Numbered from the stretch's first letter, positions 1-10,455 are shown. The stretch is 64,000 bases of DNA from an uncultured Anaerolineales bacterium (GCA_964539385.1 CAZIJC010000003.1:1503-65502), one strand, 5' to 3'. Numbers and translations are program-made. Notes: generated by a model from the letters alone, not told the origin.

Positions 1-494
1 ACGAGGAAGAGGCCCACATGAGTTTCAAGGGTCTGCCGTCGCCTGCCGCCGCCGGGGCGCTCGTCTCGCTTATCATCGTGCTGGCCGATTTCATGGAGGA
101 GGATGCCCACGAAGGCACCGTCGGCGTCCTGCTGTGGACCATGCCGATTATCGCCGCCCTGCTGGGGCTGCTGATGGTGTCGAGTTTCCGGTACTCGCAC
201 CTGCTGAACCAGTTTGTGCGCGGCCGCCGGCCGGTCAGCCACCTGGTGATGGTGGTTCTGGGCATTGCGCTGGCTGCGGTCCTGAAGGAAGTGGTCCTGC
301 CCCTCGGCTTCGGCGCGTACGCGCTGAGCGGGCCGGCGGCAGGACTCTATCGGCACATTCGCGGTCGGCGGCTGCCGAAGCCGTCTGAGCCGCCCTCGGA
401 CGAAGCGCGCGGGGAGACATTGGATGATGCTTCCCGGGCCGACCCGCCGCCGCACGGCACCTCCGCCTCCGGCCGCGATGCCCAAGGTTCTTGA
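1..494 (+). CDS. CDP-alcohol phosphatidyltransferase (phosphatidylserine synthase-like), C-terminal part; gene starts upstream of window
   Basis: Membrane-rich C-terminus (GLPSPAAAGALVSLIIV ... MVSSFRYSHL) typical of PssA-type CDP-OH transferases; reading frame open to position 1. Confidence 0.55.
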   Translation, partial: EEEAHMSFKGLPSPAAAGALVSLIIVLADFMEEDAHEGTVGVLLWTMPIIAALLGLLMVSSFRYSHLLNQFVRGRRPVSHLVMVVLGIALAAVLKEVVLPLGFGAYALSGPAAGLYRHIRGRRLPKPSEPPSDEARGETLDDASRADPPPHGTSASGRDAQGS

Positions 495-577
495 CACTCC
501 TTCCCCGCCGCCATACCATCCGCCAAAGCGCTGCACGGTGTGCGAGCGCCGTTTCGCAGGAACAGGCGGGCCGGCGG

Positions 578-1345
578 ATGAAAATCAACAGCCATCACAG
601 GCCACCCATCGCCGTCGCCATCGGCCTTGTTGCCTTGGCGTGCGCTCCCCTTGCGGGATGCCGGCGCCTCGCCTATGCGCGGATGTGGGCCGACACGGCG
701 CTGGCCGGCGGCAAGTTCTCGATTCAGCGGCACCAGTGGGCATACGATGGTGAGGCGGTGACGTTCGAACTCGAGGCCGACCCCGGCGGGGTCAACTTCG
801 TCGTCTTCGGCATCGACGGCGACGAGACCGTCGTCCAAAGCGGCGACGTGGCCGGCCGCTACCGATGGACACGCACGTTTCACGCCGGCCTGGAGCCGCG
901 CCAGTACGAGGTCTACGCGCAGACGTTCCTGATGCGCGGCAAGTGCGACTGGATTTACGACAAGACGAAGGACGCCTGGTTCTTCTATCCCGGCAGCACC
1001 GAACTCGCGGACATTCCGTCGGCCAAGGAACAGAGGATGCGGATCACGTGCTATCGCACGGAAATCCGCCTGCCGGTCGAACCGCGAGGCGGACCGCCCA
1101 AACGCGTTGAGATGCTGCTGATGAAGATGACCGGCGAGCGAACGAGCATCCCCCGCCGCGAGGGCGAAAAAGACGAGACCGCCGGGTTCCTCCTGATCGG
1201 CCCGGACGCCAAAGGCGCCTGCGAGGTCCTCTACACGCCAAAGCACACGGAGGTCGCCCGCGGGGGACGGACCCGCGTCGAACTCATTGTCCAACACGCC
1301 GACGAATCCCTCGAACGCATCGTGAAGGACATCGACACGCCATGA
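578..1345 (+). CDS. hypothetical lipoprotein
   Basis: ATG at 578 followed by signal peptide MKINSHHRPPIAVAIGLVALACAPLAGC with lipobox LAGC; earlier part of ORF lacks an ATG (TTG). Confidence 0.5.
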   Translation: MKINSHHRPPIAVAIGLVALACAPLAGCRRLAYARMWADTALAGGKFSIQRHQWAYDGEAVTFELEADPGGVNFVVFGIDGDETVVQSGDVAGRYRWTRTFHAGLEPRQYEVYAQTFLMRGKCDWIYDKTKDAWFFYPGSTELADIPSAKEQRMRITCYRTEIRLPVEPRGGPPKRVEMLLMKMTGERTSIPRREGEKDETAGFLLIGPDAKGACEVLYTPKHTEVARGGRTRVELIVQHADESLERIVKDIDTP

Positions 1346-2634
1346 AGAAGGCCCCGCGCATGAAGACCCAATCCGTCAGGGGAACACGCGACTTCTACCC
1401 CGACGACATGGCGCTGCGCAACTGGCTTTTCGAGCGGTGGCGTGCGGCCAGCCGCCGCGCGGGGTTCGTCGAGGTGGACGGCCCGGTCCTCGAACCGCTC
1501 GACCTGTATATCGAGAAAAGCGGTCCCGAGATCGCCGACCAACTCTACTGGCTCGAGGACAAGAGCGGCCGCCGCCTCGCACTGCGCCCCGAGTTTACGC
1601 CGACGCTCGCCCGCATGATTGCAGCGCGCCAGGCCGCGCTGCCGACGCCCATCCGATGGTTCAACATCTCGCGGTGTTTCCGCTACGAGCGTGCGCAGAA
1701 GGGCCGCCTCCGCGAGTTCTACCAATGGAACGTGGATCTGATTGGACTCGACGAGTTCCATGCCGACGCGGAATCTATTTCCGTGGCGGTCGACGCGTTG
1801 AAAGACATGGGGCTCACGCCCGACGACGTGGAAGTCCGCATCAGCGACCGCCGACTGCTTTCCGAACTTATGCAGCATCTGGACATTGCCGCGGAATCTG
1901 TCCCAGCCGTTTTCGGCGTTCTCGACAAGCGCGACAAGGTGGCCACCGAGGCGCTTCAGGCGATGTTGGCCGAAGCGGGTCTGCAAGCGACGCAGCGAGA
2001 AGGCCTGGAGCGCATCCTGTCGTGGCAAACGCTCGGCGACATCGACGCGGCGGAACTCGCAACCCCGGAGGTGGCCGAGGCGGCCGACGCCCTCAAGCAC
2101 CTCTTCGCAACGCTCGCCGACTACGGCATCGCCGACTGGTGCCGATTCGACATCGGCATCGTCCGCGGCCTGGCGTATTACACGGGGCCGGTCTGGGAGG
2201 TCTACGACCGCAAGGGCGAGTTTCGCGCCATCTTCGGGGGCGGCCGGTACGACCACCTCCTGGCCGACGTGGGCGGCCGGCCGATGCCCGCCTGCGGATT
2301 CGCCTGCGGCGACGCCGTCCTGGGTCTCCTGCTGAAGGAGCGCGGCCTGGGGCCGCCGGCGCAAAGGGCGGCTCAGTATTTCGTGGCCTCCGCCCAGGAA
2401 GGTAAACGGTCGGACGTTCTCCTGGTGGTGCGCCATCTGCGCCGGCGCAACCGGGCAACGCAGTTTGACCTCAGGGGCGGAACCCTGAAACGTCAAATGA
2501 AAAGGGCGGCCGACGCCGGCGCGCGCTTTGTCGCCATCGTGACGGCGGAATTCGCAGAGAGCCGGCGCGTTACGCTCCGCGACATGGATTCCGGCGAGCA
2601 GCGCGACGTGGCCCTGGAGGAACTGGGCGCCTAG
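1342..2634 (+). CDS. hisS: histidine--tRNA ligase
   Basis: N-terminal RGTRDFYP motif, class II aaRS motifs, GGGRYDHL; ATGA overlap with upstream gene; alternative start at 1363. Confidence 0.9.
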   Translation: MKKAPRMKTQSVRGTRDFYPDDMALRNWLFERWRAASRRAGFVEVDGPVLEPLDLYIEKSGPEIADQLYWLEDKSGRRLALRPEFTPTLARMIAARQAALPTPIRWFNISRCFRYERAQKGRLREFYQWNVDLIGLDEFHADAESISVAVDALKDMGLTPDDVEVRISDRRLLSELMQHLDIAAESVPAVFGVLDKRDKVATEALQAMLAEAGLQATQREGLERILSWQTLGDIDAAELATPEVAEAADALKHLFATLADYGIADWCRFDIGIVRGLAYYTGPVWEVYDRKGEFRAIFGGGRYDHLLADVGGRPMPACGFACGDAVLGLLLKERGLGPPAQRAAQYFVASAQEGKRSDVLLVVRHLRRRNRATQFDLRGGTLKRQMKRAADAGARFVAIVTAEFAESRRVTLRDMDSGEQRDVALEELGA

Positions 2635-2643
2635 ACCGATGCC

Positions 2644-3144
2644 ATGGCCAATCGGAAGGTTATCTACGAGGCCTCCTTCGAGGATTATCTTCGGTCGGCC
2701 GGTATCCCGTACGTGGCGGTCGACGAGGCGAAAAAAGCCATCTTTGCCGGCGTCCAACTCAAGAGTTTCGACTTCGTCGTCTACGCCAGGGCAGGGCCGA
2801 ACCTGCTCGTGGACGTGAAAGGGCGGCAATTTCCGTACCGCGGCGGCCGCCGCTGGGAGAACTGGACCACCCGCGAAGACCTCGAATGCCTCGCACGCTG
2901 GGAAGAAGTTTTCGGTTCCGGATTTGCAGGACTGCTCGTCTTTTGTTATCATCTGACCGAGGTGCAGGAGGCGGCGAAGTTCGAGGTCGTGCACCACTTT
3001 CGCGGCGAATACTACGGCCTCGTCGGCGTCTATCGCAGCGTCTACGCCGACGCCTGCCGCACGCGAAGCCCCGCGTGGGGAACCGTAAGTGTGCCGACGG
3101 CCGAGTTCCGAAGGCTTGCGAGGCCCGTCGCCTCGTTCGTCTGA
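2644..3144 (+). CDS. hypothetical protein (YExAFE-like motif)
   Basis: 166-aa ORF immediately after hisS, IYEASFEDY motif; no recognised catalytic family. Confidence 0.45.
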   Translation: MANRKVIYEASFEDYLRSAGIPYVAVDEAKKAIFAGVQLKSFDFVVYARAGPNLLVDVKGRQFPYRGGRRWENWTTREDLECLARWEEVFGSGFAGLLVFCYHLTEVQEAAKFEVVHHFRGEYYGLVGVYRSVYADACRTRSPAWGTVSVPTAEFRRLARPVASFV

Positions 3145-3441
3145 CGCAACCGGAGGAGAAAGCGCCGGTGAAACCGCCTGCCATCTGCTCGCGCCTGGCG
3201 CGGGCGGCCGTCGCGCCGGCGGCGACCGTTCTGGTCCTCGCCGTGCTCGCTGTGCCGGCTGCGAGCGCCGGGCGTTCCACAACCTCGGCGGGGAAAACTC
3301 CGCCGCTTCCGTCGTACGTTATTGGGAACATCGTCGCCGGCGGGATGTGCCTGGCGATTCTTGCAACGGCCTGCAAGCGTTTTCGCAGATCGTAACCCCA
3401 TGGGCGGTGCCGATCCGGGCACCCAGGAAAGGGAGGATTCA

Positions 3442-3732
3442 ATGGACGGCAAGAAAGTCGCAATTGGCGTACTTGTCGTGCTCACCGTGCTGTTGGGCGG
3501 CCTCGTGGCCAACGGCCTCCAGCGGGAGCACGCAGCCTACGCGCGGGGGAGCGTGTACGACACGTACCTGGCCACGGCGGTCGAGGTCCGGGATGACTTT
3601 GTCAACTTCGTCATCCTCGACACCGAGTCGCGCCGGCTCGTGTTCTACGACATGTCGCCGCCGACATTCGACCTGCGGCCGACGTCCGGCGTCCTGTTGA
3701 CCAAGGATTTCCCCATGCGCAAGACGCCCTGA
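3442..3732 (+). CDS. small membrane protein, hypothetical
   Basis: ATG at 3442 preceded by AAAGGGAGGA RBS; one TM helix VAIGVLVVLTVLLGGLVANGL. Confidence 0.4.
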   Translation: MDGKKVAIGVLVVLTVLLGGLVANGLQREHAAYARGSVYDTYLATAVEVRDDFVNFVILDTESRRLVFYDMSPPTFDLRPTSGVLLTKDFPMRKTP

Positions 3733-3769
3733 CCGCCGCACGGCGCCGGAGCGAAACGGAGAACGATTC

Positions 3770-4084
3770 ATGAAAACCAAAGACCTGATTCTGATAGCAT
3801 TGGTATGTGTGAACGTGACACTCGCGTCGGTGGCCCTGGCCCTGTACGTCGGCCGGTCCGAGCCCGCTGCCATGGCCAATACGTCCACGCGCGCCGGCGA
3901 CTACCTCATGGTCACCGGCCGGGTTGACACGCACCGCGAGGCGCTGCTGGTTATCGACATCGTCGCCAAGCGTGCCAATCTGTATGTCCCGGAGGCGGGA
4001 ACAACCACCGCCGGCACGCAGTTCAAACTCACCGGCAGCCGCAGCCTGGCGACCGACTTCGGCGGCCCCGCACGAACGCCATAG
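3770..4084 (+). CDS. hypothetical membrane-anchored protein
   Basis: N-terminal TM helix LILIALVCVNVTLASVALALYV; 104 aa. Confidence 0.4.
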   Translation: MKTKDLILIALVCVNVTLASVALALYVGRSEPAAMANTSTRAGDYLMVTGRVDTHREALLVIDIVAKRANLYVPEAGTTTAGTQFKLTGSRSLATDFGGPARTP

Positions 4085-4118
4085 CGCACGGGCGCCCGCG
4101 CGTCTTTCGGGTATCGGC

Positions 4119-5126
4119 ATGACCTGGTCCGTCGAATCGTGCGTGCGGCGCGCCGAGGCGGGCCGGCGCGTCGGCCGCGACGAAGCGCTCGATTTGCTGG
4201 CCGCCGCCCAGCGCGACCCCTGGCCCGTCTGGCGTGCCGCCGACCGGGTCCGCCGCCGCTTTCGCGGTCGAACCGTCCGCCTCTGCAGCATCGCCGCGGT
4301 CAAGGTCGGACGCTGCGGCGAGGATTGCCGCTGGTGCGCCCAGAGCGCCCATTGGGAAACGGGCGTTACCCCCCAGGGTTTCCTTTCCACCGCGGACGTG
4401 GTGCGCGCGGCGGAGTCGGCCGAGGCGGCCGGGGCAGGGCACCTCGGCCTGGTTTCGAGCGGCGACCGCCTCTCGGATGCCGAATTCGACGCCGTCCTCG
4501 CTGCCGGCCGCGCCGTCCGCAGCAGGACCGCTCTGGACGTCTGTGCGAGTCTCGGCGCCCTGACGGTTGAGCGTGGCCGGCGGCTCATCGAAGCGGGCTT
4601 CGCACGCTACAACCACAACCTGGAGACCTCGGCCCGTCACTTTCCCAGCGTCTGCACGACGCATACCTGGGAGGACCGCCGGCGAAGCGCGCGGGCGGTC
4701 GTCGAGGCGGGCCTGGAACTATGCTGCGGCGGGCTCTTCGGCATCGGCGAAACCGACGAGGACCGCGTGGACCTGGCCCTGGCCGTCCGCGACCTGGGCG
4801 CCACCGTCGTGCCGCTCAATTTCCTTCACCCGATCCCCGGCACGCCGCTCGCCGGCGCCGAACCGCTCTCGCCTGCGGAGATTCTCTCGATCGTGGCCAT
4901 GTTCCGTCTGGTCCTGCCTCGGCAGACCATCACGTTGGCCGGCGGGCGCGAGAAGAACCTGCGGGACCTGCAGTGCCTGATGTTCCTGGCCGGCGCCGAC
5001 GCCTGCCTCATCGGCAACTACCTCACGACCAAGGGCCGGCCCCCCGAGGAAGACCTGGCCATGATCCGCGACCTCGGCCTCGAACCCGCCGGGGCAGGGG
5101 CTCCTGCCGGGGGCGACCATGCCTGA
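4119..5126 (+). CDS. bioB: biotin synthase (radical SAM)
   Basis: CGEDCRWC radical-SAM cysteine triad; NHNLETS and LNFLHPIPGTPL BioB motifs; ATG at 4119 in frame with longer ORF. Confidence 0.85.
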   Translation: MTWSVESCVRRAEAGRRVGRDEALDLLAAAQRDPWPVWRAADRVRRRFRGRTVRLCSIAAVKVGRCGEDCRWCAQSAHWETGVTPQGFLSTADVVRAAESAEAAGAGHLGLVSSGDRLSDAEFDAVLAAGRAVRSRTALDVCASLGALTVERGRRLIEAGFARYNHNLETSARHFPSVCTTHTWEDRRRSARAVVEAGLELCCGGLFGIGETDEDRVDLALAVRDLGATVVPLNFLHPIPGTPLAGAEPLSPAEILSIVAMFRLVLPRQTITLAGGREKNLRDLQCLMFLAGADACLIGNYLTTKGRPPEEDLAMIRDLGLEPAGAGAPAGGDHA

Positions 5127-6330
5127 AGCGCCGGGCGTCGCCATCACAGGCCTGGGTCTGGTTCTGCCACATGGGGCCGGGCTCGCGGCGGCTGAGGATG
5201 TCTTCGCCGGCCGAAGCGCCGTCCGGTACCTGCCCGAGTTCGCCGACGTGCCCGGTGCCACCGGGGCGGCGGTTTCCGATTTCGTTCCGCCCTCCGGAAC
5301 CGCTCACTGTGACCGCGCCATACAGTTTGCCGTCGCCGCCGCCGACGAGGCATGGAACCACGCGGGCCTGGCCGACGCAGCGCCGGCGCCCGACCGTGTG
5401 GCAACCGTCTTGAGCCTGAGCAAAGGCGCGATCTTTGCGCTCGCGCACCGAACACGTTGCGGCGCCGCCGGGTCCGACGCGCTGCTGGACATCACGCCCG
5501 ACGCCGCCGCCCGGACGGTTGCCGCGCGGCTGGGTCTCACCGGCCCGATTGCAGCACCGGTCACGGCGTGCGCGTCGGGCGGACATGCGCTAGTACTGGG
5601 GGCGGGGTTGATCCGGCGTGGCGTGGTGGATGCGGCGCTGGTCGGGGCGGCGGAGGCGTCGCTGCACCCCATGATTGTGGGATCGTACCGGCGGATGGGC
5701 GTCCTGGCCGATGCCGGAGCCGACCCTGCGACGTCGGTGCGTCCGTTCTCGGCATCGCGGCGCGGGTTCGCGATCGGCGAAGGCGCGGGCGTGCTCGTTC
5801 TGGAATCGACTGCATCGGCCCGGCGGCGCGGGGCGCAGCACCTCGCGCTCGTGCGAGGGTGGGCCAGCGGATGTCAGACGGCCGGCCTGATTGACATGGA
5901 GGCGGACGGCGAGACGCTCGCACACCTGTTGCGCCTGACTCTCAAACGGGCGGCCACGCCGCCAGAGGGCGTGGACTACGTCCACGCGCACGGAACGGCA
6001 ACGGTGAATGGCGATGCGGCTGAGGCCCGGGCCATCCGCATGGCTCTGGGCGAGGAGGCCGACCGCGTCAGCGTCTCGTCCACGAAGGGGTCGCACGGCC
6101 ACCTGCTCGGGGCCGCAACCGCCGTGGAGTTGGTCCTGACGGTCCTGGCGATCCGGCGAGGCCTCGTCCCGCCTACGGCGAACCTGACGGATCCCGATCC
6201 GCAGATCGGCCTGGACTGCACGCCGCTGACGGCCCGTCGTCGGCCCATCCGCCGGGCGTTGAAGATGGCCAGCGGATTCGGCGGTCAGATGCTGGCCGTC
6301 GTGTTGGCTGCACCTGAAGCACGTCGGTGA
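5119..6330 (+). CDS. beta-ketoacyl-ACP synthase (KAS I/II family)
   Basis: Thiolase-fold KAS: active-site Cys in ACASGG, two His in HAHGTAT and GSHGHLLGAA, C-terminal GFGGQ; starts 8 nt before bioB stop. Confidence 0.85.
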   Translation: MPEAPGVAITGLGLVLPHGAGLAAAEDVFAGRSAVRYLPEFADVPGATGAAVSDFVPPSGTAHCDRAIQFAVAAADEAWNHAGLADAAPAPDRVATVLSLSKGAIFALAHRTRCGAAGSDALLDITPDAAARTVAARLGLTGPIAAPVTACASGGHALVLGAGLIRRGVVDAALVGAAEASLHPMIVGSYRRMGVLADAGADPATSVRPFSASRRGFAIGEGAGVLVLESTASARRRGAQHLALVRGWASGCQTAGLIDMEADGETLAHLLRLTLKRAATPPEGVDYVHAHGTATVNGDAAEARAIRMALGEEADRVSVSSTKGSHGHLLGAATAVELVLTVLAIRRGLVPPTANLTDPDPQIGLDCTPLTARRRPIRRALKMASGFGGQMLAVVLAAPEARR

Positions 6331-6460
6331 TGACCACGCGCGGCCGGCGTAGGCCGGGGCGCGCCCCGGCTTTATGCCGTTGGATCGCCGCGACGTTGTC
6401 GCGGCCTACATGGACCGTCCGCGCGCCGGCCACGGCTTGGGCGACGCGCCGCGGCTGCGG

Positions 6461-7572
6461 TCATTGCATCTCCGGCCGCCTCATCCGTTTGAACGTTTCG
6501 GGCAGGTTATCGTACGTGAGTTCGCTGCGGAGGGTTTCGAGTTGGCCGGTGCTGTCGGCGGCTTCGCGGCCGAACCTTCGGAAGACCTCCAACTGGAGCG
6601 CCATCACCTCTTCCTTCTCGAACCGGACCGTCTGCTCGTGCCAGTCGCGCCGCGCCCAGTTCCAGGCGTTGACGGCCTCATCGAGTTTCCCGCGTCCCGC
6701 GTCGAAGGCCTTGCGTGCCTCGGCATGGCGGCCTGCGGCTCGGGCGTTGACGCTCTCGGCGAAGGTATCGTAGGCTTCCTGCGTCAGTTCCTCGGCGTAG
6801 TAGGTGAGGTTGTGGCACGCCTGCCTGTACATGACGGGTTTGCCGAGACCGCGCCCGAGGCTGCCGTAGCGGTCGCCGAGGCGGCGTGCCAGGTCGTACC
6901 ACTCGTAGGCGATCAGGAAGACGCTCCTGCCGAATTCTACCCTGACCCGCCTGCGGTAGTACTCGGCCTCCTGCGAGCGGCCGAGTTTCTCGGAATAGAT
7001 GCGGCCCATCTCGGCGGCGATTTGCGCGCTGTGGGGGTTCTTGCGGTAGCCCTCGTCGAGAAACTCGATGGCCCGCCGAATCCATTGGTACCGCCGCTCG
7101 AGCGACTGCCACTGCACAGGCAGGTTCCACGCCAGGTTCCACGCCAGGAACGTCCACACCTGGGGGTAGTCGCTCTGGAACGTGGCGATCTTCGTGTACC
7201 GGTCGATCAGGTTGAAGTGGATCTTGTTGTGCTTATCGTCTTCAACCCTAATCCACAACCATACGACGTACGGCCCGCGGAAGCCGCCGAGCACGAGCGT
7301 GACCGCCCGAGCCGGCAGGTCGCTGATTTCAAGGACGGGGCGACCGGGCACCAGACGCATCGATGTCCCACACGCGGTGGCGAAGCCGAATTGCGACGCC
7401 AGGGCCAGCCGCCGACCGGGCGACTCCCGGCGGCCAAGCAACGCCTGCCGGCGGGGCTCGACAACCCACCGGCGAAGCGGGTGGACCACCGCCACCAGAC
7501 TTACCACGATGGCAAGGGCCAGCAACAGCGTCCCCAACCAAGGCGGCCGGTTGCCGGAATCGGTTCCGCTCA
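6461..7572 (-). CDS. hypothetical membrane-anchored protein, W/Y-rich periplasmic domain
   Basis: Start ATG overlaps stop of upstream membrane protein (ATGA at 7569-7572); N-terminal TM PWLGTLLLALAIVVSLVAVV; the antisense plus-strand ORFs have junk-like composition. Confidence 0.5.
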
Positions 7573-9471
7573 TGCCGCCACCTCCCGCTTCTTCAGAAGG
7601 TAAGCCCCCACCGACACGAGCACCACCGTGCCGAGCGCCGCCCAACCGAACGAGACCGCCATCTGCGTGAGCGGTATCACCTGGCCCATGCTGACCGTTT
7701 CGTCCGGCAGCAGGGCCCACACGTCCGGCAAGGGGACAACCACGTGTTCGGCCAGGTCGTTCCAGCCATCCCATTCCCAGTGGGCCTCGGCCCACCGCGC
7801 CGCCCGCCACGCCACGCCGCGCACCCAGGTCTCCCGGAGGAGGAAACCGCGCAGGAAATCGCGCATAAAACTCGCCAGCAGCAGAACGGCCGTACCGAGA
7901 ATGCTCGTATACCAGGTGAACCGCGTGCTCGGCAGCACACCCACTGCGGCCAGGACCGTTCCGAAAAACCACACGCACAGGATGGCCTTTGCGAAATGGA
8001 CCGCAAACGGGCCGCCGTCAAGACGCAGCCGTATGCTTCCAGGCACCAGACCGATGGCGTCGTCAGCCGTCAGGCACTCCAGCCGCACTTCCAGGGGTCC
8101 GCCGTGCCAAAACGCCCGGTCGAGATAGAGCAGTGTGGCGTGGTGCGCTTCGGGGGTGAATGTCAGGGCCTTCCGCGTGCCGGTCGCAGGATTCAAGAAC
8201 GTGGCCTTGGCGGCCGGCTGGACCGTGGCCGGGCTCCACGCCTCGAGCCGGAGGCGGATCTCGACCGCCGTGTCCGCCGAACCGAGAACGTTGCCCGGGA
8301 CGTTGTCGAATCGAAGAACCGCCATTTGGCGCGGCAGTTCGGTGCGGCCGACCAGGTAGGCCCCGCCGCGGTCCGCCGAGGGACGGTCCTGTGGTGCGGC
8401 CTGGAGGTGGAACTCCCGGCCCGCCGGGCCGATGATGCGCACGGCGCCGCCGCCGGCGCCGAGCAGGCACCCGGCCGTTTCGGCCGTGATGTCCAGGTGA
8501 AAGCCGCCCGATGGCGGCACGTTCAGCACCCCTTCGACGGGCTCGGCCAGCGGGCCCGCAACGGGGACCTCCAGGACGCCCGACGGGGGGACTTCGGCAA
8601 TCACCTGACGTACCAACTGCGCGCCGTCGTCCCGCGTCGGGGGTCGGGCGGCGGCGCCCGGGCTTTCAGATACCAGCCAGACGTTCACCTTCACGGGCGT
8701 CTTGTCGCCTTGCGAGGATGGGCGAACCTTCAGCGCGACCCGCAGCCGCACCGTCCCGGATGCAGCCCACTCGCGCAGCGGCGTCTCGCTCAGGTTCCAT
8801 CTCAGGGGCATACTGGTTTGGCCGAGAATCCAGCGGACGCCGGGCTCGGGCGGCACGTCGGGCGGGAAATGAATGTGCACGTCCGGGCCCGCGTCCACCG
8901 TCCGGTAGCGGTACGTGGTGAGCGGGCCGTCGCGGGCCGCCGCCTCGAGAGCGTTGACATCGGCCGGATGCGCTGCGCGCCGGCGCGCTTCTTCAAGGCG
9001 GCGTGCAGCCAGCGAGCGGATGCCGCCGGCGCGCGCCAGGACGTACCCATAGGCCCCGGCACCGATTAGCGCGAGCGTGGCCAGCACGAGAATCGACATG
9101 CCGACCGTCTTGCCGGCCACGATCTCCCACCGGCCGACGGGCTTGGTGGCCACGCTGTAGGACACCTTCGTCTCCATCTCGGCGGGGATCGAGTACGTGG
9201 CGAAAAACACGCCGAGCACAACCGCCACAACCGCCATGACCAGCAAACTGGTTCCGACCGCGGCCGGGACGCCCTCGAAGACGGGATCGAAACGCGGCGA
9301 CGACAGGTCTGTCAGGATGAGAACCGAGACGGCCAGCGGCGCGAGAATCCACAGACGCATCCGCATGCCCTGGCGAAACGTGACGAGGGCAACCGCCCAC
9401 GTGCGCCGCCACACGCGCAGCCGCCGCCGCGAGGAAACGGACGCCTGGCTGGTCTGGTCGCGCTTAGCCAT
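7570..9471 (-). CDS. ABC transporter-associated large membrane protein (permease-like, big extracytoplasmic domain)
   Basis: Start at 9471 overlaps ATPase gene end by 8 nt; several N-terminal TM helices then roughly 450-aa soluble region. Confidence 0.55.
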   Translation of the reverse strand: MAKRDQTSQASVSSRRRLRVWRRTWAVALVTFRQGMRMRLWILAPLAVSVLILTDLSSPRFDPVFEGVPAAVGTSLLVMAVVAVVLGVFFATYSIPAEMETKVSYSVATKPVGRWEIVAGKTVGMSILVLATLALIGAGAYGYVLARAGGIRSLAARRLEEARRRAAHPADVNALEAAARDGPLTTYRYRTVDAGPDVHIHFPPDVPPEPGVRWILGQTSMPLRWNLSETPLREWAASGTVRLRVALKVRPSSQGDKTPVKVNVWLVSESPGAAARPPTRDDGAQLVRQVIAEVPPSGVLEVPVAGPLAEPVEGVLNVPPSGGFHLDITAETAGCLLGAGGGAVRIIGPAGREFHLQAAPQDRPSADRGGAYLVGRTELPRQMAVLRFDNVPGNVLGSADTAVEIRLRLEAWSPATVQPAAKATFLNPATGTRKALTFTPEAHHATLLYLDRAFWHGGPLEVRLECLTADDAIGLVPGSIRLRLDGGPFAVHFAKAILCVWFFGTVLAAVGVLPSTRFTWYTSILGTAVLLLASFMRDFLRGFLLRETWVRGVAWRAARWAEAHWEWDGWNDLAEHVVVPLPDVWALLPDETVSMGQVIPLTQMAVSFGWAALGTVVLVSVGAYLLKKREVAA

Positions 9472-10393
9472 GGTCTTCGGCTGAGGCAGGTTTCTCCGGA
9501 GTGTCGGCGGCGTCATCGTGATGGGCGGCCGCCGGGGCGCCGGCATCGGAGCGGATCACTCGCAGGAAAAGGTCCTCAAGGGTCGTGGTCGGATGCTCGG
9601 CGGAGACGACGCGCGCTCCGGCGCCGCGTGCGGCGGCGACGATGGCCTCGCGGGCCCCGTCGCTGACACCGGTGGCCTGCATCTGGAACACGTCGCGCAG
9701 CATGAGCAGATCGTCAACGCGGCCGAGTTCCTTGAGTTGGCCTTGCACGAGGATGCCGATGCGGTCGCACACGTCGCGGACGTCGGCCAGCAGGTGGGAC
9801 GACAGGAAGACCGTCTTGCCACGGTCCTTGAGATGCAGGATGAGGTCTTTCATCTCGCGTGTGCCGATGGGGTCGAGTCCGGTGGTCGGCTCGTCCAGGA
9901 GGAGGAGTTCCGGATCGTTGACGAGGGCCTGGGCGAGGCCGATGCGCCGGCTCATGCCCTTGGAATACTCGCGGAGTTGGCGTGCCCGTGCCCGCCGGTC
10001 GAGCCCGACCATGTCGAGCAACTCCGGTGTGCGTCGGCGCCGCTGCTTGCGGTCGAGGCCGAAAAGGCGCCCGTAAAAATCGATGGTCTCCTCGCCGGTC
10101 AGGAACCGGTGCAGATAGGATTCTTCGGGCAGGTAGCCGAGGCGCTGATTGACGGCGGGGGTTCCCGGCCGCAGGCCGAGGACGCGTGCGCTGCCGGCGG
10201 TCGGGAAAATCAGCCCGAGCAGCAGTTTGATGGTGGTGCTTTTTCCGGAACCGTTCGGGCCGAGGAGCCCGAAAATCTCGCCCCGCTCGAGCGTCAGGTT
10301 GAGGCCGACCAGAGCGTGTACCTTCTGTCGGCCCCAGAAATCCTTGTAGACTTTCGTCAGACCCTGGGTGACAACAGGCTGGAACTGCTGCAT
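9464..10393 (-). CDS. ABC transporter ATP-binding protein
   Basis: Walker A GPNGSGKST, ABC signature LSGGM-like (YSKGMSRRIG), Walker B LLLLDEPTTGLD. Confidence 0.9.
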   Translation of the reverse strand: MQQFQPVVTQGLTKVYKDFWGRQKVHALVGLNLTLERGEIFGLLGPNGSGKSTTIKLLLGLIFPTAGSARVLGLRPGTPAVNQRLGYLPEESYLHRFLTGEETIDFYGRLFGLDRKQRRRRTPELLDMVGLDRRARARQLREYSKGMSRRIGLAQALVNDPELLLLDEPTTGLDPIGTREMKDLILHLKDRGKTVFLSSHLLADVRDVCDRIGILVQGQLKELGRVDDLLMLRDVFQMQATGVSDGAREAIVAAARGAGARVVSAEHPTTTLEDLFLRVIRSDAGAPAAAHHDDAADTPEKPASAEDHG

Positions 10394-10455
10394 GGGTGCC
10401 TCGCAGGTGGGCTACCCGGCGGCCCCGGCGCCGCTGCCGGCAAGGGCAGGGGGGG

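Noticed and set aside
1231-3282. 683-aa minus-strand ORF spanning hisS and neighbours
   Set aside because: Antisense to well-supported hisS and downstream genes; Arg/Pro/Ala-rich junk composition typical of open antisense frames in 68% GC DNA. The same applies to 347-1297(-), 3611-4588(-), 4029-4664(-), 5023-5586(-).
6374-9069. Long plus-strand ORFs 6374-7603 and 7363-9069
   Set aside because: Antisense to the coupled ABC-associated membrane protein genes; no start context; low-complexity R/P/G-rich translation.
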